A stretch of 64,000 nt of DNA from Eledone cirrhosa (lineage: Eukaryota), in assembly GCA_964016885.1 (NCBI GenBank), contig OZ024740.1:10540001-10604000 (forward strand), written 5' to 3'. The translations under genes were made by a program, and so were the position numbers. The notes under the pieces are model-generated. The model was not told where the DNA came from. It was given only the letters and a program-made list of their open reading frames with translations, and ran no database searches. This document shows positions 30,511 to 42,800 of this stretch, piece after piece (the stretch's first letter is position 1; each line of letters begins with the position of its first letter).

Positions 30511-30800
30511 AATCTACAGAGTACACTGGGTGTATTTTATCATGGCACCAGTACTAGTTAAAAGGTGTCATATTTTAACTGTTGTGATTTATTTTGTGAC
30601 TCGTTCACACTATCTACAAAATACACTGGGTATATTTTATCATGGCACCAGTACTAGTTAAAAGATGTCATATTTTAACTGTTGTGATTTATTTTGTGAC
30701 TCGTTCACACTATCTACAAAATACACTGGGTATATTTTATCATGGCACCAGTACTAGTTAAAAGATGTCGTATTTTAACTGTTGTAATTTATTTTGTGAA
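30511..30800. repeat. 100-bp tandem repeat, ~3 copies
   Basis: ATCTACA.A.TACACTGGGT.TATTTTATCATGGCACCAGTACTAGTTAAAAG recurs at 30512, 30612 and 30712. Confidence 0.92.
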
Positions 30801-30984
30801 TTAATCAGTCTAGGAATTGGTGATCTTCATGTGATAAATTGAGAGGTAGTATTGTTAGTGTAAGTCAGTAAAATGTCTATATAACCTTAAATGTGACAAC
30901 TGAAGGTGACAGAGTCTCTCTGGGGGTGGTTAAATGTCTACTACACCTTGTATAATATATATTTAACATCATCAGCGTTGTAAC

Positions 30985-31602
<618 letters not shown>

Positions 31603-31656
31603 TTGTAATAAAATGAAAACGAAATTTCATTTCTCACTCTTAGTACGGCACTTACT

Positions 31657-31714
31657 TAAATGTAAGTATGTATGTATACGTACATACATATATGTATACA
31701 GACGTACAGTAGCA

Positions 31715-31764
<50 letters not shown>

Positions 31765-31965
31765 CAGGTACACATACATATATGTACGTATCAGCATAAA
31801 TTCAGGCTGTTCAGTTTGTTTACAAACGAACAAAGCGGGCGTTATAATAAGCGTCCGCTAAACTGATACGTACATATATGTATGTGTACCTGTATGTATA
31901 TATATATATGCATGCTACTGTACGTCTGTATACATATATGTATGTACGTATACATACATACTTAC

Positions 31966-31970
<5 letters not shown>
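31657..31970. repeat. Foldback inverted repeat (arms 31657-31794 and 31863-31970) with a 68-bp structured spacer
   Basis: Arms are reverse complements apart from the length of an internal (TA)n tract. Confidence 0.9.
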
Positions 31971-32006
<36 letters not shown>

Positions 32007-32461
32007 AGGTGTGTGTGTATATGTGTGATGAATCATTACCTTTACTGCACTAAATATATCCCGACGGGACTCTGATCTGTTGGCCATCCCAATCGAATAT
32101 TTATGTATTAAGGTTGAGATGTTCTGTCACACATGTCTTTATTTAGCCACTTCCTCATATCACCTTGCCTCTCTACTTCTCACCTTATTCCTCTTACTCT
32201 ATCACTCCTCTTACTCACACTCTCTCCCACCCCTCCACCGTCTACTAGAGATTCGCTTCTATAATCTTCTATTATAAATTTCGGTTCTACTTTCTATATA
32301 TTTTTATTTATTAGTCTCCTCCCCCCCTCGCTTGGTTGGGCTGTTCCTCTTTCTTTCACTCCCTACCTCCTCTCGTCTACCCACCCTCTTCCTTACGCAT
32401 TTTCCCTCACATATACATTATATGAATATAAACGCACACACACACATTTATGTAATTTATG

Positions 32462-32519
<58 letters not shown>

Positions 32520-32602
32520 GGAGGTGAGTTTTATTGTAGTACAATAAAGCAATGCAGATATCGGATAAGAAGCACTCTACAGTTTGTAGGACTGGAGTAT
32601 AC

Positions 32603-34978
32603 ATAATATATAAGATCAAAAGATGGTTAAATGAGTTCCATGTATTTTATTATGCGCATTTCAAAAACAAATATCATCATGCAATAACATTTGTGTTTTC
32701 ATCAGATAAAATAGGAGGACATGATGTGAAGGTTAAAAACACTTGTGAATAGTGCAGTTTTAAATCAACATATGAAAAGTAGTTTTAGATTGATGTGTGA
32801 TATTGGGGGAAAAAAAAATTTTTTTTTGGGGGGGGGGGATGAAAAAGAGGAGGAGATGAGAGTAAAAAGTGGAGGGGGAGGAGTATAATGAGGAAGGATG
32901 AGATAGGAGGAGAGATGGCTGATAGAGAGAGAGAGAGATAGCTTTTATAACTGAGAAAAATATATTGTTTTACATAGAGAGGTTGAAAAACCGTTGGAAG
33001 ATAATGTATAAATTAAAAGAATTTGAAAATTAACGAAGAGAAAAATAATGTAAAGTTAAGGTTTGTATATTGAAGAGTTTAATAATATGTGCGATGAAAA
33101 GAAATTGTTAATATGTATTAAGAATAATATTTAAGGGTTTAATAATATGTGCGATGGAAAGAAAATGTTAATATGTATTAAGAATAATTTTAAGGGTTTA
33201 ATAATATGTGCGATGGAACATTATCTCTAAACACAACAATAAAATACTAAATACTAAATCTCTTCCTTCCAACACTGAATATCATAATAATAGTAATAGT
33301 ACTCCCGACGTCATTGTAAACCCTAGGCTAATTTCTGCAAACCCAAATACAACGTCAAACACAACTTCGCTAAATGTTCTTAATCCCATTCTAAATCAAG
33401 AAACTATTATTCCTATCGCAAATAACTTCTCCAATCCAATTCCTTCTATAGATAACACTAGGTCACTCGTTAATAATCTCTCTAATTGCAATTGCAATTG
33501 CCCTGTTAAAAATAAATGTCCTCTCAACAACCATTGTCTTGATAAAAACTTAATTTACGAATGTAAAGTTATAACTGACACCAATTCCTTCACCTATTTT
33601 GGCTCCACTTCCACCTCCTTTAAAGCTCGTCTTTATAATCATCATTCGTCTTTTAAATATAAACTTAAAAGAACCAACACGGCTCTCTCAGAACTCATAT
33701 GGTCCTTGAAAGACAAAAATATTAAATATAACATCTCTTGGAAGAAGGTTTCCTCTGCTTCTACATACTTGAACAGTTCTCTATCCAAGACTTGCAATCT
33801 CTGTCTGAATGAAAAATTTACCATTATATCTAATTTAGATTCTATAATAAATAGACGCACTGACTTGTTTTCTATCTGCTTGCATAAATTCCACAGAACT
33901 TTCCATAAAGTATACAGCTAATATCCTAAACTTTATCAATTCAGAATCCTTTTCTCAAAGGCACATATATATATATATACTTCTTTAAAAATATACCCAT
34001 CTTTCTACCGTATTTCAAAGTTATTTATCATATTCTATATCATTCCTATTCATCACTTCTCTTTCTTCCTTTTCCTTTTCTTTTCTTTTGCTTTTTCTTT
34101 TAATTTCTAACCCCTAATCTGTACCTTTTCTCACTGTGCCTAACATAGAAACAATTATTACACATACACTATATTCTTACTTTATATCACCTTGAAAAAA
34201 TCCTTCGTAAACATAAACATTTTTTTTGACGTTAGATTATTCATCCTCTATTCATTATTTTTTTCTCACTTTCATCTAACTTATTCATACTCATCTCACA
34301 ATATATCCTTACTTACATTACTTCTGTGTTTTTTTTAATAATACATATCAACATTTTCTTTCCATCGCACATATTATTAAACCCTTAAAATTATTCTTAA
34401 TACATATTAACATTTTCTTTCCATCGCACATATTATTAAACCCTTAAATATTATTCTTAATACTTATTAACAATTTCTTTTCATCGCACATATTATTAAA
34501 CCCTTCAATATACAAACCTTAACTTTACATTATTTTTCTCTCCGTTAATTTTCAAATTCTTTTAATTTATACATTATCTTCCAACGGTTTTTCAACCTCT
34601 CTATATAAAACAATATATTTTTCTCAGTTATAAAAGCTATCTCTCTCTCTCTATCAGCCATCTCTCCTCCTATCTCATCCTTCCTCATTATACTCCTCCC
34701 CCTCCACTTTTTACTCTCATCTCCTCCTCTTTTTCATCCTTTCCACCACCACCCCCCCTCAAAAAAAATTTTCCCCAATATCACACATCAATCTAAAACT
34801 ACTTTTCATATGTTGATTTAAAACTGCACTATCTACAAGTGTTTTTAACCTTCATATCATGTCCTCCTATTTTATCTGATGAAAACACAAATGGTATTGC
34901 ATGATGATATTTGTTTTTGAAATGCGCATAATAAAATACATGGAACTCATTTAACCATCTTTTGATCTTATATATTAT
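32603..34978 (+). mobile_element. Penelope-like element, 5'-truncated, preceded by an inverted copy of its 3' end
   Basis: 32603-33218 is the reverse complement of 34360-34978 (~616 bp, few differences); the GIY-YIG ORF lies between them; embedded in (TA)n. Confidence 0.85.
33219..33921 (+). CDS. C-terminal GIY-YIG endonuclease domain of a Penelope-like element (Naiad-like), RT domain missing
   Basis: ISKHNNKIL..CNC..CPL..CL..LIYECKV..TYFGST..FKARLYNH..TALSELIWSLK..CNLCLNEK..INRRTD..CLHK; uninterrupted frame, with the apparent start contributed by the inverted arm. Confidence 0.82.
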
Positions 34979-34984
34979 ATATAT

Positions 34985-35024
<40 letters not shown>

Positions 35025-35100
35025 CTAAGGAATTGTGGCAAGGAACCAGATGGACCATAACGCACCAGAGTACTCAATACTTAGGGTAGTAGAGTGGGAA

Positions 35101-35423
<323 letters not shown>

Positions 35424-35782
35424 ATTACTACGTAAGTATACCCTTGTATAGACTGACACACTACAGAAAACATATTTTTTTATTTCTTGTCCAATTCTTT
35501 AAAGTTTTATCTTAGTTTCTTGTCCTATTCTTTTAAAGTTTCATCTTAGTTCCTTGTCCTATTCTTTTAAAGTTTTATTTTACTTTCTTGTCCTGTATTT
35601 TTAAAGGTTTATATTCCAACAATATTACTTTTTTTTGCTGTACGCATTTTTCTATCTGGTTTTAATATTTGCATTGTTTTTTTTTTCTCTCCTATTTACA
35701 ATATATTGGAATAATAATACAATATAATAATAATAATAATTTAATAATAATAATGTAACAACATAGTGATGTAATGGATTGA

Positions 35783-35997
35783 TGTTTAACGGGCCGTATC
35801 CAGCAAGAATCCTCTCACCTCTTTGTTCAAACCAGCTGTAACCAGCCACTCATACTTATGTTAAAGTATTGTTCTCAAAATAAATAATATCAAAATCTCA
35901 TAGATTCGATATTATATGAAATAATTATGTGAGATAAAGCCTTTACCATAAAAATACAATAGTATATATAGAGTAATGTAAATGCTAAAGGGTTAAG
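35783..35997. mobile_element. piggyBac-like (TTAA) MITE family 1, copy lacking a clear left TIR
   Basis: Matches 62205-62390 and 62914-63580; right end TAAATGCTAAAGGGTTAA. Confidence 0.65.
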
Positions 35998-36304
35998 TAG
36001 ACTAGTTGTTAGCTGTCAGGACACTATCTTGTGACGCTAAACTCCGCCAGTTGCAGACTGCACATCAACATGTGATATCTCTCTCTACAAAGTTCGATCA
36101 CCAGCAGCAGAGTTCCAGCCTCTGCTTCTCTTACCAGCCAACCTTCCTTCCAAGCATAACCTACTTACACTGCATCATGTCAAACATTCACCTCTATGCC
36201 CAATAAAATTCTACAAACACTTCTTTGAATTAATTATTGCTGATGTAGATCTTGGTTTCTGGATTTTACCCAATATATTTGTAAGTCATAGTGAAATATA
36301 TTAA

Positions 36305-36935
36305 AACAGTCCAGCTCCCATGACTTTCAGAAATATTTTTTCACGCTCAGAGTTTCTGAAGCATGGAACAAACTACCTGCATCAGTTGTTAGCTGTCGGG
36401 ACACTGCATCTTTCAAAACTTCCATGCCTCCCGAAATTCGCCAACACTACACTTGATATTCCCCTTCCATACACACAGACCCACGAATGTGTATATCATG
36501 ACTCATACACTGTTTACTTTCCTGACATTTCTACATTATTTTATGTACTATAGAATAATTGTTTCTACTTTTTGGCACAAGGCAAGCAATTATCCCAGTG
36601 TATTACTGGTACTTTATTTTATCGACCCCTGTAAGGATGAAAGGCAAAGTTAACCTCATAAAATGATGTACAAATGTCAGGACTGTAGGTATCAGTAGAA
36701 GGTCAGATGCTCTGCTTTGCAGCATAGAGTTTCGGTCTGAGTTGAAATCCCGCCAAGGTTAACTTTGCCTTTCAACCTTATGGTGTCGATAAAATAAAGT
36801 ACCAGTAACACACTGGGATAATTGCTTGTCTTGTGCCAAAAAGTAGAAACAATTATTTTATGTACTATACATGCACCTTTGATGAGTTGTAGTGCACCTG
36901 AGCACTGTACACAATAATTTGCATTATATTATATT
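36305..36935 (+). mobile_element. CR1-clade LINE 3' fragment interrupted by an inverted pair of SINE segments
   Basis: Matches the reverse complement of 58912-59200; SINE pieces at 36555-36657 (-) and 36685-36858 (+). Confidence 0.75.
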
Positions 36936-37166
36936 ATATAGCCACTGAGACACTGAATTACCTGCAAATCCTAAATAAAAAAAGATGTCAGTATTGATTG
37001 ATGTAGAAGTGTATATGTTGTATATATGTGACAGTCAGAATATTGAAGTGGAATTCATACAATATGCTGCTAATGCAGTAGTGTGCAGTGTGTGGCCCAC
37101 ATAGGGCAGCTGCATTTTTTCTTCAGCGGTTGTATGCAAACGTGTTTGCTGTATTGTTACATTTAA

Positions 37167-37390
37167 CCCTTTCATGTCCACATTTCTCATAAAATACATT
37201 CTATTTTAATTAATTAATGAACTATTTTGATGGATTTACTAACATTATTAATTATTTTATTACTAAGATAATAATTTAATGCAAAGTTTTTATATAAAAT
37301 TATGTTGGGAGATTTGGGAAACCATCAAAATGGGTGGTTTTATTTCATAGAACCAGAGCTGGTTTAGTTACCAGATTGGTAACTAAAGGG
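37167..37390. mobile_element. piggyBac-like MITE family 2 (224 bp)
   Basis: TTAA-CCCTTT...AAAGGG-TTAA termini with TTAA duplication at 37163-37166 and 37391-37394. Confidence 0.7.
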
Positions 37391-37524
37391 TTAAGGCGTA
37401 GAGTTACATTTGCTGTAGTATTATGTTTCAGGAAGGGGTCAGCCAATTTGCTACTATATAGGGCAATGAAAACTGCAATAATTGTTGTGTTTAACTGATA
37501 AATATATTGAAACAGGAGTTTTAA

Positions 37525-37800
37525 CATCATCATCATCATCAGGCAGTCTCAGCTGAAATGGACTCAACAGTTGATCTCCACATCGTTCATTGTCGTACAT
37601 TGCTGCTGCCAAGTCCTGGATTTCAATACCAGAATCTCTGGAGATGACATAGGATAGCTTGCGCCCCTTGTTATTAGTGACTGCTTGTGGTTTTCAAAGC
37701 ACTAATGGGGACACAGCCTCGTAGGTGGTACGATGGCAGTGACCAGCAAATCTTTCTCTCCTTTTATGTACAACGACAGATATGCGTGGGACGCCAGCAT
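37525..37800 (-). mobile_element. Degraded LINE (RTE-like) 3' fragment with (ATG)n tail
   Basis: (CAT)n at 37525-37540; the minus strand reads as a degenerate LINE C-terminus (..ISRDSGIEIQDLAAAMYD..). Confidence 0.4.
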
Positions 37801-38194
37801 ATATCTCTTTCAAAGACAGATTTTAACATAAACATTGACCTTCAATGTTCAGGAACTGATGGCTATCAATACCTAAGTGATGTAGTAAAAATAGACTATC
37901 TTTAACATTATAATACAGACACCTAAATAAAAAGTCCTCTTTCATTGATTTTGAAATTATGCATTTTATGGATATCTGTTCACCGAGGCCGCAGGGTGGC
38001 CAGCACGTGGCCTCCATTTACTTATAATAGTGAGAGATGGGAGAGTGTGAGAGACAGAGGGCAGTGACTATACCAATATTGGCGAATTATTTTGTAGATT
38101 CAAAGGTTAAGTGATTTCGTTAAGTTTACTTACATATTTTTGTTCTGGTTTTCCTTTTTCTTTTTTATTTGTTTCTTATGATAATAATAATAAT

Positions 38195-39513
38195 GCATTC
38201 TACTTTAGGCACAAGGCCAGCAATTTGGGGAGAGGGGGAAAGTCGATTAAACGGTCCCCAGTGCATTACTGGTGCTTTATTTATCGACCTCGTAAGGATG
38301 AAAGGGAAAGCTAACCTCAGCTGGATTTGAACTCAGAATGTAAAGGAATGTAACTACATGCTGCGAAGTATAGTGGCCAACGCTCTACCGATTCTGCCAA
38401 TCCCCCACCCTATTAATAATAATTTTAAAAAATAATAATAATAATTGTTTCTACTTTTGGCCAGCAATTACCCAGTACATTACTGGTACTTTATTTTATC
38501 GACCCCGTAAGGAGGAAAGCAAAGTTAACCTCGGTGGGATTTGAACTCAGAATGGCAAGGGCCGTAACTTCTATGCGTCAAAGCATGACGTCCGACTCTC
38601 TACCGATACTGCCAATCCACCGCCCTAGCATGGTGTCAGACCCTCTACCGATACTGCCAATCCACCGCCCTAGCATGGTGTCAGACCCTCTACCGATACT
38701 GCCAATCCACCACCCTAACATGGCGTCCGACCCTCTACCGATACTGCCAATCCACCACCCTAGCATGGCGTCCGACCCTCTACCGATACTGCCAATCCAC
38801 CACACTAGCATGGTGTCAGACCCTCTACCGATACTGCCAATCCACCACCCTAGCATGGTGTCAGACCCTCTACCGATACTGCCAATCCACCACCCTAGCA
38901 TGGCGTCCGACACTCTACCGACACTACCAATCCACCACCCTAGCATGGTGTCCGACCCTCTACCGATACTGCCAATCCACCACCCTAGCATGGCGTCCGA
39001 CACTCTACCGATACTGCCAATCCACCACCCTAGCATGGTGTCCGACCCTCTACCGATACTGCCAATCCACCACCCTAGCATGGTGTCCGACCCTCTACCG
39101 ATACTGCCAATCCACCACCCTAGCATGGCGTCCGACCCTCTACCGATACTGCCAATCCACCACCCTAGCATGGTGTCCGACCCTCTACCGATACTGCCAA
39201 TCCACCACCCTAGCATGGTGTCCGACCCTCTACCGATACTACCAATCCACCACCCTAGCATGGCGTCCGACACTCTACCGACACTACCAATCCACCACCC
39301 TACCATGGAGTCCGACCCTCTACCGATACTGCCAATCCACCGCCCTTATAATAATAATAATAATAATTGTTTCTACTTTAGGCACAAGGCCAGCAATTAC
39401 TCAGTGCATTACTGGTACTTTATTTTATCGACCCCGTAACGATGAAAGGTAAAGTCAACCTCGGCGGGATTTGAACTCAAATCGTAAAGGGACGTAACTA
39501 TGCTGGAAAGCAT
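38195..39513 (-). mobile_element. Three tandem family 1 SINEs (38195-38412, 38445-39347, 39365-39513) separated by (AAT)n tails
   Basis: Each has reverse-complement B-box GATTTGAACTC and central domain; the middle copy has an expanded head. Confidence 0.85.
38582..39347 (-). repeat. 45-bp minisatellite (~17 copies) derived from the SINE head
   Basis: Unit GCATGG[C/T]GTCCGACCCTCTACCGATACTGCCAATCCACCACCCTA, the reverse complement of the unit at 1-130. Confidence 0.95.
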
Positions 39514-39879
39514 AATAATAATAATAATGAAAATTATTGTGTACAGTTCTCAGGACGCTATCTTTTTGATCTTCATTTGCTATACTCTCAGAAGCATGAC
39601 ATTGTCAATGAATGTGACAGCACCATTTCACTGAACCAAAGCAAATCACTTAAGGTCTTCTTCAGTTTTGAGATATCTTCGTTGAGTAACAATTATGTAA
39701 CTTATTCAATTATCAATCATGTCAGACACAATACAGGTTACAGTGGGATTATCACTGCTATAACTTTATCATAAACACTAGAGGCCATTAGCCACTGATT
39801 TAGTTAGCTTGCAGTCGCTAAATGAGGTAAAATCACTTAAATTTTAACTCTACAAAATACTACAGCAATACAGTATTGT

Positions 39880-42800
39880 CACCATCTCCATCTCTCTCGC
39901 TCTCCCCATCTCTCACTCACTGCCTCCGTCTCTCTCACTCTCCCCATCTCTCTCTTTCACTCACTGCCTCCGTCTCTCTCACTCTCCCCATCTCTCTCTT
40001 TCACTCTATGCCCCTGTCTCTTTCACTCACTGCCTCTGTCTCTCTCACTCTCCCCATCTCTCTCTTTCACTCACTGCCTCTGTCTCTCTCACTCTCTCCA
40101 TCTCTCTCTTTCACTCTATGCCCCTGTCTCTTTCACTCACTGCCTCTGTCTCTTTCACTCTCCCCATCTCTCTCTTTCACTCACTGCCTCTGTCTCTTTC
40201 ACTCTCCCCATCTCTCTCTTTCACTCACTGCCTCTGTCTCTCTCACTCTCCCCATCTCACTCTTTCACTCACTGCCTCTGTCTCTCTCACTCTCCCCATC
40301 TCTCTCTTTCACTCACTGCCCCTGTCTTTCTCACTCTCCCCATCTCTCTCTTTCACTCACTGCCTCTGTCTCTCTCACTCTCTCCATCTCTCTCTTTCAC
40401 TCTATGCCCCTGTCTCTTTCACTCACTGCCTCTGTCTCTTTCACTCTCCCCATCTCTCTCTTTCACTCACTGCCTCTGTCTCTTTCACTCTCCCCATCTC
40501 TCTCTTTCACTCACTGCCTCTGTCTCTCTCACTCTCCCCATCTCACTCTTTCACTCACTGCCTCCGTCTCTCTCACTCTCCCCATCTCTCTCTTTCACTC
40601 ACTGCCCCTGTCTCTCTCACTCTCCCCATCTCTCTCTTTCACTCACTGCCCCTGTGTCTCTCTCTCTCACTCTCCCCATCTCTCTCTTTCACTCACTGCC
40701 CCTGTCTTTCTCACTCTCCTCATCTCTCTCTTTCACTCACTGCCTCTGTCTCTCTCACTCTCCCCATCTCTCTCTTTCACTCTATGCCCCTGTCTCTTTC
40801 ACTCACTGCCTCTGTCTCTCTCACTCTCCCCATCTCTCTCTTTCACTCACTGCCTCTGTCTCTCTCACTCTCCCCATCTCTCTCTTTCACTCTATGCCCC
40901 TGTCTCTTTCACTCACTGCCCCTGTCTCTCTCACTCTCCCCATCTCTCTCTTTCACTCACTGCCTCTGTCTCTCTCACTCACCCCATCTCTCTCTTTCAC
41001 TCACTGCCTCTGCATCTCTCACTCTCCACATCTCTCTCTTTCACTCTATGCCCCTGTCTCTTTCACTCACCCCAGCTCTCTCTTTCACTCACTGCCTCTG
41101 TCTCTCTCACTCTCCCCATCTCTCTCTTTCACTCTATGCCCCTGTCTCTTTCACTCACTGCCCCTGTCTCTCTCACTCTCCACATCTCTCTCTTTCACTC
41201 ACTGCCTCTGTCTCTCTCACTCTCCCCATCTCTCTCTTTCACTCACTGCCTCTGTCTCTCTCACTCTCCCCATCTCTCTCTTTCACTCACTGCCTCTGTC
41301 TCTCTCACTCTCCCCATCTCACTCTTTCACTCACTGCCTCTGTCTCTCTCACTCTCCCCATCTCTCTCTTTCACTCACTGCCCCTGTCTATCTCACTCTC
41401 CCCATCTCTCTCTTTCACTCACTGCCTCTGTCTCTCTCACTCTCCCCATCTCACTCTTTCACTCACTGCCTCTGTCTCTCTCACTCTCCCCATCTCTCTC
41501 TTTCACTCACTGCCCCTGTCTATCTCACTCTCCCCATCTCTCTCTTTCACTCACTGCCTCTGTCTCTCTCACTCTCCTCATCTCACTCTTTCACTCACTG
41601 CCTCTGTCTCTCTCACTCTCCCCATCTCTCTCTTTCACTCACTGCCCCTGTCTATCTCACTCTCCCCATCTCTCTCTTTCACTCTCCCCATCTCTCTCTT
41701 TCACTCACTGCCTCTGTCTCTCTCACTCTCCCCATCTCTCTCTTTCACTCACTGCCTCTGTCTCTCTCACTCTCCCCATCTCTCTCTTTCACTCACTGCC
41801 TCTGTCTCTCTCACTCTCCCCATCTCACTCTTTCACTCACTGCCTCTGTCTCTCTCACTCTCCCCATCTCTCTCTTTCACTCACTGCCCCTGTCTATCTC
41901 ACTCTCCCCATCTCTCTCTTTCACTCACTGCCTCTGTCTCTCTCACTCTCCCCATCTCACTCTTTCACTCACTGCCTCTGTCTCTCTCACTCTCCCCATC
42001 TCTCTCTTTCACTCACTGCCCCTGTCTATCTCACTCTCCCCATCTCTCTCTTTCACTCACTGCCTCTGTCTCTCTCACTCTCCCCATCTCTCTCTTTCAC
42101 TCACTGCCCCTGTCTCACTCTCTCACTCTCCTCATCTCTCTCTTTCACTCACTGCCTCTGTCTCTCTCACTCTCCCCATCTCTCTCTTTCACTCACTGCC
42201 TCTGTCTCTCTCACTCTCCCCATCTCACTCTTTCACTCACTGCCTCTGTCTCTCTCACTCTCCCCATCTCACTCTTTCACTCACTGCCTCTGTCTTTCTC
42301 ACTCTCCCCATCTCACTCTTTCACTCACTGCCTCTGTCTCTCTCACTCTCCCCATCTCTCTCTTTCACTCACTGCCTCTGTCTCTCTCACTCTCCCCATC
42401 TCACTCTTTCACTCACTGCCTCTGTCTCTCTCACTCTCCCCATCTCTCTCTTTCACTCACTGCCCCTGTCTCTCCCACTCTCCCCATCTCTCTCTTTCAC
42501 TCACTGCCCCTGTCTCTCTCTCTCACTCTCCCCATCTCTCTCTTTCACTCACTGCCCCTGTCTCTCTCACTCTCCCCATCTCTCTCTTTCACTCACTGCC
42601 CCTGTCTCTCTCACTCTCCCCATCTCTCTCTTTCACTCACTGCCTCTGTCTCTCTCACTCTCCCCATCTCTCTCTTTCACTCACTGCTCCTGTCTCTCTC
42701 ACTCTCCCCATCTCTCTCTTTCACTCACTGCCCCCTGTCTCTCCACTCTCCCCATCTCTCTCTTTCACTCACTGCCCCTGTCTCTCTCACTCTCCCCATC

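Noticed and set aside
38534-39439. 301-aa Pro/His-rich repeat ORF
   Set aside because: Antisense translation of the SINE-head minisatellite.
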